Positions 39,229-47,910 are shown, numbered from the stretch's first letter. The stretch is DNA of 47,910 bases from Candidatus Sericytochromatia bacterium (GCA_036676495.1 JAKFCT010000035.1:1-47910); one strand, 5' to 3'. Made by a program: numbers and translations. The notes: generated by a model not told the origin, from the letters alone.

Positions 39229-39256
39229 AAAAAGGGGGCGCCCCGAGGCGCCCCCT
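39229..39256 (-). terminator. Terminator-like hairpin between etfA and fadF
   Basis: AGGGGGCGCC-ccga-GGCGCCCCCT followed by a U-tract on the minus strand. Confidence 0.6.
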
Positions 39257-39261
39257 CTGGG

Positions 39262-40230
39262 CTAGACGGCGACGGTGTTTCCTGCCTTGAGGCGTTTGAA
39301 TTCCTCGGTGAGCAGGGGCACCACGGTGAAGAGGTCGGCCACGATGCCGAAGTCGGCAATCGAGAAGATCGGCGCGTCGGGGTCGGTGTTGATGGCCACG
39401 ATGACCTTCGACCCGGTCATGCCGGCGGTGTGCTGGATGGCGCCCGAGATGCCGATGGCGATGTAGATATCGGGGGCGACCGTCCGGCCGGTCTGTCCAA
39501 CCTGGCAGGAATGCGGGAAGTACCCGGAGTCGCAGGCGGCACGCGACGCGCCGACGGCGGCGCCCAGCGCATCGGCCAGGTCCTCGATCAGCTTGGCGCC
39601 CTCGGGCCCGCGAACCGAGCGGCCACCGGCCACCACGATCCGGGCGTCGCCCAGGTCCACGCGCTCCGAGGTCTCCTTGAGGACCTCGCGCACGATGGCG
39701 CGGAGGTCGGCCTGGGGCACGGAGAGGGTTTCGCTGGTCGCGGATCCGCCGGTTTCCTTGACTTCGAAGGTGCCGGCCTTGATCGAGACGACGGCGGGCA
39801 GGGGCGCTTCGAGGGTCTCCATGACCTTGCCGGCGATGGAGGTCCGCTTGGCGACGAGCTTGCCGGCCTCGGGAGTCACGACGACGGCGCCGGGGACGAA
39901 GGGCAGCGAGAGCTTGGCGGCGACGCGGGGGGCGAGGTCCTTGCCGACTTCGGAGTCCGCGACGAGGATCAGGTCCGCGCCGGACTTCTGGAAGGCCTCG
40001 ACGGTCAAGGCCGCGAAGGGGGCGGTCATGTACATGCCCAGGGAGGCGTCATCGGCCAGGTAGACCTTGGAGGCGCCATGGCGGCCGAGGGTTTCTACCT
40101 CGCCGGCGACTCCGGACCCGGCCAGGAGGACCTCCGCGGTGGCTCCCCAGGAGCTGGCGGCTCCCAGGAGCTCGAGGGTGCCCTTCTTGACCTTGCCCTG
40201 CTTGGTTTCGGCAATCACCAGAACTTTCAT
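39262..40230 (-). CDS. etfA: Electron transfer flavoprotein alpha subunit
   Basis: [47 protein letters not shown]. Confidence 0.96.
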   Translation of the reverse strand: MKVLVIAETKQGKVKKGTLELLGAASSWGATAEVLLAGSGVAGEVETLGRHGASKVYLADDASLGMYMTAPFAALTVEAFQKSGADLILVADSEVGKDLAPRVAAKLSLPFVPGAVVVTPEAGKLVAKRTSIAGKVMETLEAPLPAVVSIKAGTFEVKETGGSATSETLSVPQADLRAIVREVLKETSERVDLGDARIVVAGGRSVRGPEGAKLIEDLADALGAAVGASRAACDSGYFPHSCQVGQTGRTVAPDIYIAIGISGAIQHTAGMTGSKVIVAINTDPDAPIFSIADFGIVADLFTVVPLLTEEFKRLKAGNTVAV

Positions 40231-40242
40231 TGCGCTCTCCTC

Positions 40243-41028
40243 CTACGCCAACACGCGGGCTTCATTGACCAGGTAGTCGACCAGCTGCTTGGCGAGATCC
40301 GGACCTTCTCCGGTCAGCTTGCGGCCGGCAGCGCGACCTGCGGGCCGCTCGCGGCCCACGACCTGGGTCTTGGACCCGCTCGCGCCCACCTTGGAGGCGT
40401 CGAGGCCGAGATCCGCCAGGGCGACGGTGTCGAGGGGCTTCTTCTTGGCGCCCAGGATGCCCTTCATGGTGGGCAGGCGGGCTTCGCCGAAGTCGTTGGA
40501 GACGGTGATGACGGCGGGGGCTTGGACCGAGACGACCTCGCGGCCGTCGTCGCCCACCCGGCGGGTCAGGAACTTGCCGTCCGACTCCTGCTCGAGGGAG
40601 ACGATGTTGGTCACCTGGGGCAGGCCCAGCAGCTCGGCGAGCATGGGGCCGGTGCCGGCGGCATCGGTGTCCTGCGCCTGGCGGCCCATCATGATGAGAT
40701 CGAAGCCCTTATCCTTGGCGTAAGCGGCGATCGCCTGGGCGGCCGCGCCCGAATCCCCGCCGACCAGCGCCGGATCGTCCAGGTGGACGGCCCGATCCGC
40801 GCCCATCGCGAGCGCCTTCTTGAGCACGTCGGTCACCCGGTCGGGACCCATGCTCAACACCTCGACCTCGCAGTCGATCTTGTCCTTGAGCTGCAAGGCC
40901 GCCTCGAGCGCCGACTCGTCGTAGGCGTTCATGGCGTACTGGAGCCCTTCCTCGACGATGCGGCCGTCACGCAGCTGCACGTTGAGTTCGACGTCGATGA
41001 CTTGCTTCAAACAAACCAGGATTTTCAA
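40243..41028 (-). CDS. etfB: Electron transfer flavoprotein beta subunit
   Basis: TTG-KILVCLKQVID after a GGAGG RBS, MNAYDE, ALAMGADRA, GRQAQD. Confidence 0.95.
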   Translation of the reverse strand: MKILVCLKQVIDVELNVQLRDGRIVEEGLQYAMNAYDESALEAALQLKDKIDCEVEVLSMGPDRVTDVLKKALAMGADRAVHLDDPALVGGDSGAAAQAIAAYAKDKGFDLIMMGRQAQDTDAAGTGPMLAELLGLPQVTNIVSLEQESDGKFLTRRVGDDGREVVSVQAPAVITVSNDFGEARLPTMKGILGAKKKPLDTVALADLGLDASKVGASGSKTQVVGRERPAGRAAGRKLTGEGPDLAKQLVDYLVNEARVLA

Positions 41029-41370
41029 TGGAACCCTCCTCTGGGTTTTTGCCCGGTCCACGATGACCACTTCTTTTGACCACGACCCGATCACGCCGCT
41101 GGGGCCTCGGGGCCTGCGCCGGCGTTTGCCGCCCAAGCGGGCCGAAATGGCGGCAATCCTTCCTTATTAGGCCATTTCCAGCCTGCTTTGGCAAGCCCGG
41201 CGCCGCTCATGCTTTCTATTATACCAAGCATGGTGAGTGAGTGCTCGCTAACCATGGAAAAGATCTCCTCCGCGCGCGGAGGCGCGCGAGGATCGTGCCC
41301 GTGTTTCGCCTCGACAGCCGGCCGTTCGCCGGGTAGAATGAGGAAGCCCCGCCGCCCACGAGGAATGCCC

Positions 41371-41832
41371 ATGCGTTGCCCCTTTTGCCATAGCGCCGAG
41401 AGCCGGGTCCTGGAGTCCCGCCTCCTCGAAGAAGAGACCTGCCTGCGCCGGCGGCGCGAATGCGCCGACTGCACCCGCCGCTTCACCACCTACGAGCGGA
41501 TCGAGACCGTTCCCTTGATGGTCATCAAGCGGGACGGCAGCCGCCAAGGCTTCGATGCCGCCAAGCTCAGCCAGGGCATCATGCGCGCATGCGTCAAGTG
41601 CTCCGTCCCCGCGACCGAGATCGAACGCCTCGTCCTCGACGTCGAAGCCGATCTCAGCAAGCGCTTCGTCCGGGAGGTCCTCTCCACCGAGATCGGAGAG
41701 CTGGTGCTCGAGCGCCTGCGCGGCCTCGACGAGGTCGCCTACGTGCGCTTCGCCTCGGTCTACCGCTCGTTCTCGAGCATCGAAGATTTCATCGCCGAAC
41801 TCTCCAGCCTGCGCGCCGGCGCGCTCTCCTAG
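41371..41832 (+). CDS. nrdR: Transcriptional repressor NrdR
   Basis: MRCPFC, SRVLESR, RRRRECADC..RFTTYE, VIKRDG ATP cone, DEVAYVRFASVYR; alternative start 41365. Confidence 0.96.
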   Translation: MRCPFCHSAESRVLESRLLEEETCLRRRRECADCTRRFTTYERIETVPLMVIKRDGSRQGFDAAKLSQGIMRACVKCSVPATEIERLVLDVEADLSKRFVREVLSTEIGELVLERLRGLDEVAYVRFASVYRSFSSIEDFIAELSSLRAGALS

Positions 41833-41927
41833 AGCGAAAAACGTGGTTACAGGTCAGCTACGCTGCCTTTCACCACAGCCGCAGGCGCTCATCCATCGCG
41901 CTGCCGCCGGGCAGCTTTGAGGACGCC

Positions 41928-43895
41928 ATGCAGACCACTCTCGAGCAGATCAAGAAGCGGGACGGGCGGATCGTCCCCTACGACCCCCAGCGGATCGCCC
42001 AGGCGATCGCCAAGGCCACCGGGGCCGTCCACGGCATCGACCCCGCCCTCTCCGACTCCCTCGCCCAGAGCGTCGCCGCCATGGTCGAGCGCCAGGCGGA
42101 CTCCGGCCTCGCCACCGTCGAGCAGATCCAGGACGCCATCGAGGCCGTCCTGATCGAGGCGGGCCTGCCGCGCGCCGCCAAGGCCTTCATCCTCTACCGC
42201 GCCCGCCGCAGCCGCATCCGCGAGGGCAAGTCCGAGCTGATGCTCGCCGTCAACGACGTCCTCGCCGGCGAGGATCCCGCCCTGCCCCCGGCGTCCCCCG
42301 CGAGCAAGCTCCTGGCCGTGGGCTCTGCCGCCAGCCAGGAATACTACCTCAAGCGCATGCTCCCCGAAGAGGACGCCGTCGCCCACATGCGCGGCGAGCT
42401 CCATGTCGAGTCCCTGGATTCCTACGCCAAGGCCCCTTCCTCCCTGGTCGTCCCCCTGCAATCCCTTTTAGAACACGGCCTGCGCCTGCCCAGCATGACG
42501 CTCGCTCCCTGCCGCGACCCGCATGCGGCCACGCTGGGCTTGACCCTCGCCCTGCAGGCCCTGGCCGGTGAACTCAGCGGCGCGATGGCCCTCGAAAGCT
42601 TCGACACCGTCCTGGGCGACCACCTCATGGACGCGGAGGACGCCGAGGTGCATGCGGCCGTCTCCGCGCTGCTGCAAGCGCTCGCCATGCCGACCTGGCG
42701 CGGGGACGCTCCCTTGCCGGTGACGATCGCCTTCGGGGCCGATCCTGCGCCCGCCGCCCGCCGGGTGGCGCGCGCCCTCCTGGACGTCGCCGCCCAGGGG
42801 GAGCCCCGCTTGGCCCCGACCCTGGTCATGCGCCTGCGCCCCGGCGTCAACCTGGACCCCGGCGATCCCGGCCATGACCTCTTCCAGGCCGCTGTCAGGC
42901 TGGCCGCGCGCCGCCTGACGCCGCTCTTCGCCTTCGGGGACGAGCCGATCCTGGGGGGCGGCATGCGCCTCGCTCCCGATCGCTTCGGAGCCCCCGCCGC
43001 AGGTCGCTCGGTCGTCGCCTCGGTCACGATCAACCTGCCGCGCATCGCCTTCCAGGCCCGCCGGGACCACCAGGCCTTCGACTCCCAGCTCTTGCAGGTC
43101 CTGGATCGGGCGGGCCGCCACCTCGCCTATCGCATGCACGTCCTGGGGCAACTGAAGGGCCGCGACCTTCCGCTCTTGATGCAGCGGGGCCTGCACGCGG
43201 GCTCCGACGATCTCGGCGCGCATGATCCCTTGGGCTTCGCCCTGCGCCACGGCCAGCTCAACATCTCCTTCGTGGGGCTCGCCGAGGCCTTGACCCTCAT
43301 GGAAGGCGCCCATCACGGGGAGGCCGCCTCCTCGCAAGAGCGGGGACTGGCGATCTTGCGCCTCATGCGCGACGCGGTCTCGGCCATGGCCGAGCGGCAT
43401 GACCTCAACATGGTCCTTTCCGCGCAGGCCTCGGATGAGGCGGCCGTTCGCTTCGTGGCCCTGGACCGGCGCGACTTCGGCAGCCAGCCCCATGTGACCG
43501 ATCGTCCCGCCTATACGGCCTCGTACCTGCTGCCATCGGACTTCGCCGCCTCGGTGGAGCGCCGCCTCGCGCGGGAGGCCGGGTACCACAAGTTCTGCGC
43601 CGGGGGCAACGGCGTCCTGCACGGCGGGAGCGGCGACGATCCCGAGGCCCTCGAGGGCTTGATCCGTCGCATGCACACCGAAGGGGCGGGGCTGCTTTGC
43701 TTCGGCGACGCGCTCGATCTCTGTCCGGCCTGCGGTCGGGAGGAGCGCACTCCCTCCGGTGACGCCTGTCCTTGCGGAAGCCGGGACTGGCGCCGCCTCC
43801 GGCGTCCTTCGGTGGAGCTTTCGCTCTGGGAGTCCCTCGGCCCCGAGCGCCAGGCGGAACTCCAGGCCCGCCGATCGCCTTCCGCGAAGGGGTAG
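41928..43895 (+). CDS. ATP-cone-containing NrdD (class III RNR)-like protein, apparently catalytically dead
   Basis: IKKRDG..VEQIQD..AKAFILYR ATP cone; scaffold motifs GVNLDPGDPGHDLF, TINLPRIA, SFVGLAEAL, EAGYHK; C-terminal CPACG..CPCG. No Gly-radical or thiyl motif. Confidence 0.8.
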   Translation: MQTTLEQIKKRDGRIVPYDPQRIAQAIAKATGAVHGIDPALSDSLAQSVAAMVERQADSGLATVEQIQDAIEAVLIEAGLPRAAKAFILYRARRSRIREGKSELMLAVNDVLAGEDPALPPASPASKLLAVGSAASQEYYLKRMLPEEDAVAHMRGELHVESLDSYAKAPSSLVVPLQSLLEHGLRLPSMTLAPCRDPHAATLGLTLALQALAGELSGAMALESFDTVLGDHLMDAEDAEVHAAVSALLQALAMPTWRGDAPLPVTIAFGADPAPAARRVARALLDVAAQGEPRLAPTLVMRLRPGVNLDPGDPGHDLFQAAVRLAARRLTPLFAFGDEPILGGGMRLAPDRFGAPAAGRSVVASVTINLPRIAFQARRDHQAFDSQLLQVLDRAGRHLAYRMHVLGQLKGRDLPLLMQRGLHAGSDDLGAHDPLGFALRHGQLNISFVGLAEALTLMEGAHHGEAASSQERGLAILRLMRDAVSAMAERHDLNMVLSAQASDEAAVRFVALDRRDFGSQPHVTDRPAYTASYLLPSDFAASVERRLAREAGYHKFCAGGNGVLHGGSGDDPEALEGLIRRMHTEGAGLLCFGDALDLCPACGREERTPSGDACPCGSRDWRRLRRPSVELSLWESLGPERQAELQARRSPSAKG

Positions 43896-44226
43896 CCCTC
43901 GGCCTCCGCTGGCCACTTCCGCCAAGACTTGACCGGATACTTTGTGCGGCTTCCCGGGACCGCCTTCCTGCTGCCGGGAGGCGAGCCGTCGCGCGCGCGT
44001 CGCCGCATGTCCCCGGCAGGTTAGGGCGTTTCGGACAAGAGCCTTCGTCAACGCCTCCAGCGCGGGCGGCCTCGCGGTCGCTGAGAATCGCCACGGCGGC
44101 AAGGCGAAGTCCTGCCTGCACTGTCCAACGCCGAATGCCGGCAAGCGTCGATGGCGCGGGCCCGTCGCCGTCAGGCGCGCATGAGACAGCTTGGCCGGCC
44201 GCCTTCCTGGCAAGCGAGGAGGGTCT

Positions 44227-45246
44227 ATGCGAGCGAGCGTCCGGTGGAACCTTTCCGAGGCGGACTGGGAGGCTTTCCTGGGGGCATGTCCCCGGGCCAC
44301 CTTCTACCACAGCCCTGCCTGGTACCGGGCCAACTCGGAGACGTTCGGCCTGGAGCTGGCTCCGGCCGTGATTCGCCTGTCGAATGGCGAGGAGGCCCTC
44401 CTGCCGATGGCGATTCGCACCAAGTACCGGGGGTTGCTCCGCGAGGCCGTCGCCGGCGTGGGGGGAGGCTACGGGGGGCTGGTGACGCCCCGGCCGTGGC
44501 CGCTGGACTGGGTGCAGCTGGCGTTTCGGGAGGTGGCGACGCGCTTTCCCGAGCTCTTCGTCTACTCCAACCCGTTCGAGCTTTACTTCAACGCTCCGTT
44601 GCCGGGATTCGGCTTCCGCATGACGGAGACGTCCACCCAGGCGCTGGCCCTGGCGGATCTCGAGCTGCTGCGGGAGCGCTACTCGCGCAGCCGTCGGAAG
44701 CAGTGCCGCAAGGCCATGGCCGAGGGCTACCAGATCCAGACGCTTCCAGCCCAGGGGGAGCTGGAGCGGTTCTACCGGGTCTACGAGGAAGCGGTGACGG
44801 GGTGGGTCAGTCAGCGCTGGGTGAGGCCCAAGCCCTTCTTCGAGCGCCTTTTGGCTTACGGGGGCGATCGCCTGCGCGTCTGCTTCGTCCTCCACGACGG
44901 GACGCCGATCGGCGCGCGCCTGATCGCCAGCTATGGCGCGGTGGGGGTCGGGTTGATCTACGCCTTGAAGCGCGGCCATGACCAGGGGGCGGCCTCGAGT
45001 GCGCTCACCGAATCGGCGCTCGCCCTCTGCTACAAGGAGGGGCTGAGGTACTACGACTTCGGCGCCTCGGGAAGCCTGGCGGGGATCCGCTACTTCAAGG
45101 AATCGTTCGGTGCCGTTCCCTTGCTCGGAGTTTTGGCTCAGCGGCAAGGCTTCGCGGGGAGGGTGCTCGGCCATGCGCGCGCGGCGGCGCTCTGGGGGGC
45201 GCGCTTGGTTCACCAGGCCGACGGCGCCGGCAAGCCCACGGGATGA
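44227..45246 (+). CDS. FemAB-like GNAT-fold protein
   Basis: ATFYHSPAW, GGYGG, YYDFGASGSLAGIRYFKESFGA; GAGGAGG RBS. Confidence 0.82.
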   Translation: MRASVRWNLSEADWEAFLGACPRATFYHSPAWYRANSETFGLELAPAVIRLSNGEEALLPMAIRTKYRGLLREAVAGVGGGYGGLVTPRPWPLDWVQLAFREVATRFPELFVYSNPFELYFNAPLPGFGFRMTETSTQALALADLELLRERYSRSRRKQCRKAMAEGYQIQTLPAQGELERFYRVYEEAVTGWVSQRWVRPKPFFERLLAYGGDRLRVCFVLHDGTPIGARLIASYGAVGVGLIYALKRGHDQGAASSALTESALALCYKEGLRYYDFGASGSLAGIRYFKESFGAVPLLGVLAQRQGFAGRVLGHARAAALWGARLVHQADGAGKPTG

Positions 45247-45338
45247 TCGCGCGCTCCGCGCGAAACACCTTGGCGGGGATGACGAGGCCTCCGCCTCTCG
45301 GCCTGTCCACCATGGGGGAGGGATCGGAAGGAGGGGGC

Positions 45339-46349
45339 ATGGACGTATTCTCGGAGCTCTCGCGCTCGGAGTGGCTCGACCGGCTTGCCGCATGTCCGGA
45401 CGCGACCTACTTCCACACCCCGAGCTGGCTCGAGGCGGTGGTGGTCGGCTTCGGCGGCCGCGTGCAGGGCCTGGAGTTCCGCTTCCCGGACGGCAACTGG
45501 GCCCTTTTTCCCATGACGGTCAAGCCCTATGCCAAGGGCATGTTCTGCCACGGGTACTCGGGCGAGTCCGGGGTGTACGGAGGGCCGCTCTCCCCGCGGC
45601 CGCTCGCGCCCGATCAGGAGGCGGCGCTTTACGCCTGGCTCGCGGTTCAGTACCCGAACCTCCAGGTTTTCGGCAACCCCTTTTCCGAGGGCTCCCTGCC
45701 CGAGGGGGCGCCTCCTCGAGGGGTGAACTGGGAGCATGCGGAGCATGAGACCCATGTGCTGGAGCTGGGGGCTCCCGAGGTCATGCGCGCCGGCTTCAGT
45801 CGCGGCTGCCGGGCCCGGGGCAACAAGGCGCGACGGGCGGGCATCACGACCGAGGTCTACTCCGGGCGGGATGCCGCCGCCGTCTTCTACGCCCTCTACC
45901 TCGATTCGGTCCGCCGCTGGGGCGAGAAGGTCACCTGGATTCGCCCGCTGCGCTTCTTCGAGGCGGTGCTCGCGGCGGGCGAGCCGCATGCCGCCCTGCA
46001 CCTGGCGCGTTTCGAGGGACGCCCCGCCGCGGCGATGATCGTCTGCGCCTGGGGCGCGCGCGCCCACTACCTGGCCGGAGCTGCGGATTCGAGCCTGATG
46101 GAGCATTGCCCGAGCAACCTCCTGATGGAGGAAGTGGCCCTGGTCTGGCATGCGCGAGGCAAGCGCGTCATGGATCTCGGATCCAGCAACGGCCTGGAAG
46201 GCGTCATGCGTTTCAAGGAGTCTTTCGGCGCCAAACCCCTTGCCTACGCCGAGATCCGCCGCCAGGGAGCGCTCGGCAGGCTCTACTTCACCCTCCACCG
46301 CCCCTACCGGCGCCTGAAGCAATCCGTCAGCGAGGTCTTGAATCTGTGA
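45339..46349 (+). CDS. FemAB-like GNAT-fold protein (paralog)
   Basis: ATYFHTPSW, GVYGG, PSNLLM, DLGSSNGLEGVMRFKESFGA; AAGGAGG RBS. Confidence 0.85.
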   Translation: MDVFSELSRSEWLDRLAACPDATYFHTPSWLEAVVVGFGGRVQGLEFRFPDGNWALFPMTVKPYAKGMFCHGYSGESGVYGGPLSPRPLAPDQEAALYAWLAVQYPNLQVFGNPFSEGSLPEGAPPRGVNWEHAEHETHVLELGAPEVMRAGFSRGCRARGNKARRAGITTEVYSGRDAAAVFYALYLDSVRRWGEKVTWIRPLRFFEAVLAAGEPHAALHLARFEGRPAAAMIVCAWGARAHYLAGAADSSLMEHCPSNLLMEEVALVWHARGKRVMDLGSSNGLEGVMRFKESFGAKPLAYAEIRRQGALGRLYFTLHRPYRRLKQSVSEVLNL

Positions 46350-46423
46350 CCATGATCGTGGATCCGCGCAGCCGGAGATCGCTATCATGAGGCAGCTTGT
46401 CAACAACCTGTCGAGGAGGATTC

Positions 46424-46756
46424 GTGGCGCGCCACTCCAAAGCCGCTCAGGCGCTCGAAAGTCGCCTGCTCCGCTGGGTGATCCTGGGACTGATCGTCTC
46501 CATGGGGATCAACCTCAGCCGGCTCATGGTTCAAGAGTGGCGCCTGTTGCGGCAAGGACAGATCCTGCGCCAAGAGCAGGATAGCGTCGAAGCGCGCGCC
46601 CAGGAAGTCCTCAACGAGATTCGGCTCTCCCAGGCCGCCCCCGGCATCCAGCGCCTGGCTCGGGAGCGCCTGGGCTTCGGCATGCCCGGAGAGATCCCCG
46701 TGCACTTCACCGGAAAGATTCCCCCCGCCGAGGCGATGCCGATCCCGATCCCTTGA
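46424..46756 (+). CDS. Septum formation initiator (FtsB/DivIC family)
   Basis: One TM helix, coiled coil, IQRLARERLGFGMPGEIPV; GAGGAGG RBS. Confidence 0.8.
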   Translation: MARHSKAAQALESRLLRWVILGLIVSMGINLSRLMVQEWRLLRQGQILRQEQDSVEARAQEVLNEIRLSQAAPGIQRLARERLGFGMPGEIPVHFTGKIPPAEAMPIPIP

Positions 46757-46843
46757 TCGTGGTATGCTAAGAGCATCTGAAGCAACCCGCCGTTGTCAAC
46801 GCGGTAGCGCCACACGCGGGGGCTTTGGACGCTCTCGATTCTC

Positions 46844-46926
46844 GGGCGAGTGGCGGAATGGCATACGCAGCCGACTTAAAATCGGCCGAGGGAAACCTCT
46901 TGCGGGTTCGACTCCCGCCTCGCCCA
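46844..46926 (+). tRNA. tRNA-Leu(TAA), intron-less
   Basis: Acceptor GGGCGAG/CTCGCCC+A, anticodon arm GCCGA-CTTAAAA-TCGGC, long variable arm, GGTTCGACTCC; CCA not encoded. Confidence 0.96.
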
Positions 46927-46987
46927 CTGAAGAGACGCTGAATAGGCTTCTCTTCCCGCTCCCACTTTCACCGCCGGAGGTGCTCAC

Positions 46988-47272
46988 TTGACGTCGCAGA
47001 CCCCGCATGGCTCTCAGGAACTTCCCCTCAGCCTGGTCCCCAGCTTTGACGAGATCGAAGACCATTTCCGCTCCAACCTCACGACCATCGTGAGCAGCTA
47101 CTTCGAGATGAAGCAGGCCGCCCTCGCCGACGGTCGCACGCCGGATGAGGCCGAAGTGATCGCCATGACCTGGGTCGTCAACCGCTCCTTGGGGGTCTAT
47201 AGCAGCCTTCTCAAGCCCAAGCTGGCCGAAGCCTTCGCCGCCTTGAGCCAGAGCCCCAGCACCTCGCGCTGA
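46988..47272 (+). CDS. Hypothetical protein (94 aa)
   Basis: TTG start after GGAGGTG, host-like codon usage, followed by a long hairpin; no family recognised. Confidence 0.6.
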   Translation: MTSQTPHGSQELPLSLVPSFDEIEDHFRSNLTTIVSSYFEMKQAALADGRTPDEAEVIAMTWVVNRSLGVYSSLLKPKLAEAFAALSQSPSTSR

Positions 47273-47277
47273 ATTCC

Positions 47278-47327
47278 CCTCAAAAGCAGAACGGAGAGCC
47301 CAAGGGCTCTCCGTTCTGCTTTTGAGG
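47278..47327. terminator. 24-bp perfect inverted repeat between convergent genes
   Basis: CCTCAAAAGCAGAACGGAGAGCCC-aa-GGGCTCTCCGTTCTGCTTTTGAGG. Confidence 0.7.
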
Positions 47328-47364
47328 ATGTGGTTAGCCTTGCCTGCGCCAAGGCGCTTTTCGA

Positions 47365-47742
47365 TTAGCGGGACGGCGCGTAGTCGAGCAGCTCGATCTC
47401 GTAGCCGTCGGGATCCTCGATGAAGGCCATCGCGCCCGACGATCCCGCCATGGGCTCCTCGGTGATCTTGACCCCCGCCTTGCGCAGGCGCTCGACGGTC
47501 TCGGAGACGGAGTCGACCTGGAAGGCGAGGTGGAAGATATCCTCGGCCAGCTGGAAATCGGGATCCCAGGGGAGGTAGGCCAGCTCGAGATCGGCGTCGA
47601 CGCCGGGGAGCTTGAGGAAGGCGAGCTGGGTGCCGCGGGGGGAGGTGCTGCGGCGGGTCACCTCGCAGCCGAGATGCTGCGTGTAAAAGGCGATCGCCCG
47701 TTCCATGTCCCGAACCTTGAGGCGGGTGTGCAGAAAACGCAT
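47365..47742 (-). CDS. gloA: Lactoylglutathione lyase / VOC-family protein
   Basis: MRFLHTRLKV, FYTQHLG, LELAY, HLAFQV, AFIEDPDGYEIEL; AAGGAG RBS. Confidence 0.85.
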   Translation of the reverse strand: MRFLHTRLKVRDMERAIAFYTQHLGCEVTRRSTSPRGTQLAFLKLPGVDADLELAYLPWDPDFQLAEDIFHLAFQVDSVSETVERLRKAGVKITEEPMAGSSGAMAFIEDPDGYEIELLDYAPSR

Positions 47743-47760
47743 GGGAGTCTCCTTTCGAGC

Positions 47761-47791
47761 AAAAAAAATCGAGCCCCCGAAGGGACTCGAT
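47761..47791 (-). terminator. Rho-independent terminator after tRNA-Gly
   Basis: Minus strand ATCGAGTCCC-TTCG-GGGGCTCGAT followed by a T run. Confidence 0.85.
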
Positions 47792-47793
47792 AG

Positions 47794-47865
47794 AGCGGAT
47801 GAAGCGATTCGAACTCTCGACCCCCTCCTTGGCAAGGAGGTGTTCTACCACTGAACTACATCCGC
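47794..47865 (-). tRNA. tRNA-Gly(GCC)
   Basis: Acceptor GCGGATG/CATCCGC+T, anticodon loop TTGCCAA in a CTCC/GGAG-containing stem, TTCGAAT T-loop. Confidence 0.95.
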
Positions 47866-47910
47866 GTGGTTGGCGTTCCGTCACGCTTTCGCGATCCGCG
47901 CTCAACACAA

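Noticed and set aside
37274-41079. Long plus-strand ORFs (651 and 617 aa) opposite fadF/etfAB, and similar antisense ORFs elsewhere (6254-8173, 17730-19310, 43405-45393)
   Set aside because: Shadow frames caused by high-GC codon bias. They carry no recognisable motifs and overlap clear genes on the other strand.
41220-41240. Possible NrdR box (ACCAAGCATGGT) upstream of nrdR
   Set aside because: Only a short palindrome with a poor match to the NrdR-box core. No tandem copy, and none seen before the NrdD-like gene.
43896-44226. Riboswitch or ncRNA in the long intergenic gap
   Set aside because: No recognisable cobalamin, c-di-GMP, TPP, SAM or T-box core by eye; a covariance-model search is needed.
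46844-46926. Group I intron in tRNA-Leu(UAA), as in many cyanobacteria
   Set aside because: The anticodon loop is contiguous and the gene is 83 nt.

Overview
High-GC bacterial chromosomal window, densely coding (about 50 genes). I found no CRISPR array, transposase, integrase or phage gene. In order: the end of an Fe-S assembly operon (sufB'-sufC-sufD-sufS-sufU-nfu-iscR-like-iscA); a GH31 glucosidase; a cluster of deacylation, ADP-ribosylation and redox genes (HDAC, CobB sirtuin, RsrR-like Rrf2 with an AhpD-like target, DUF2239 + GIY-YIG-like, cupin, aldo-keto reductase, Zn-macrodomain + class M sirtuin, alcohol dehydrogenase); a probable amino-sugar salvage locus (NAGPA-like, sugar ABC importer, tandem GNAT, APH-fold kinase, NagZ); TetR and OmpR-type regulators with readable operators; two tandem S41/PDZ lipoproteins; etfBA-fadF; nrdR plus an NrdD-like gene; two FemAB-like GNATs; ftsB-like; tRNA-Leu(TAA); gloA; tRNA-Gly(GCC). 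Best leads: (1) a full-length NrdD-like protein lacking all recognisable class III ribonucleotide reductase catalytic residues, directly behind nrdR; (2) two tandem membrane PDZ-S41 proteins that both lack the Ser/Lys dyad; (3) a DUF2239/GIY-YIG gene pair whose promoter carries a double TACCCGGGTA operator; (4) a Macro-SirTM pair without its usual GcvH-L/LplA partners; (5) a GNAT-kinase-NagZ-ABC module. All family calls come from motif recognition by eye, with no database searches. Some features are cyanobacteria-like and no photosynthesis genes are in the window, so a non-photosynthetic cyanobacterial relative is a weak guess.
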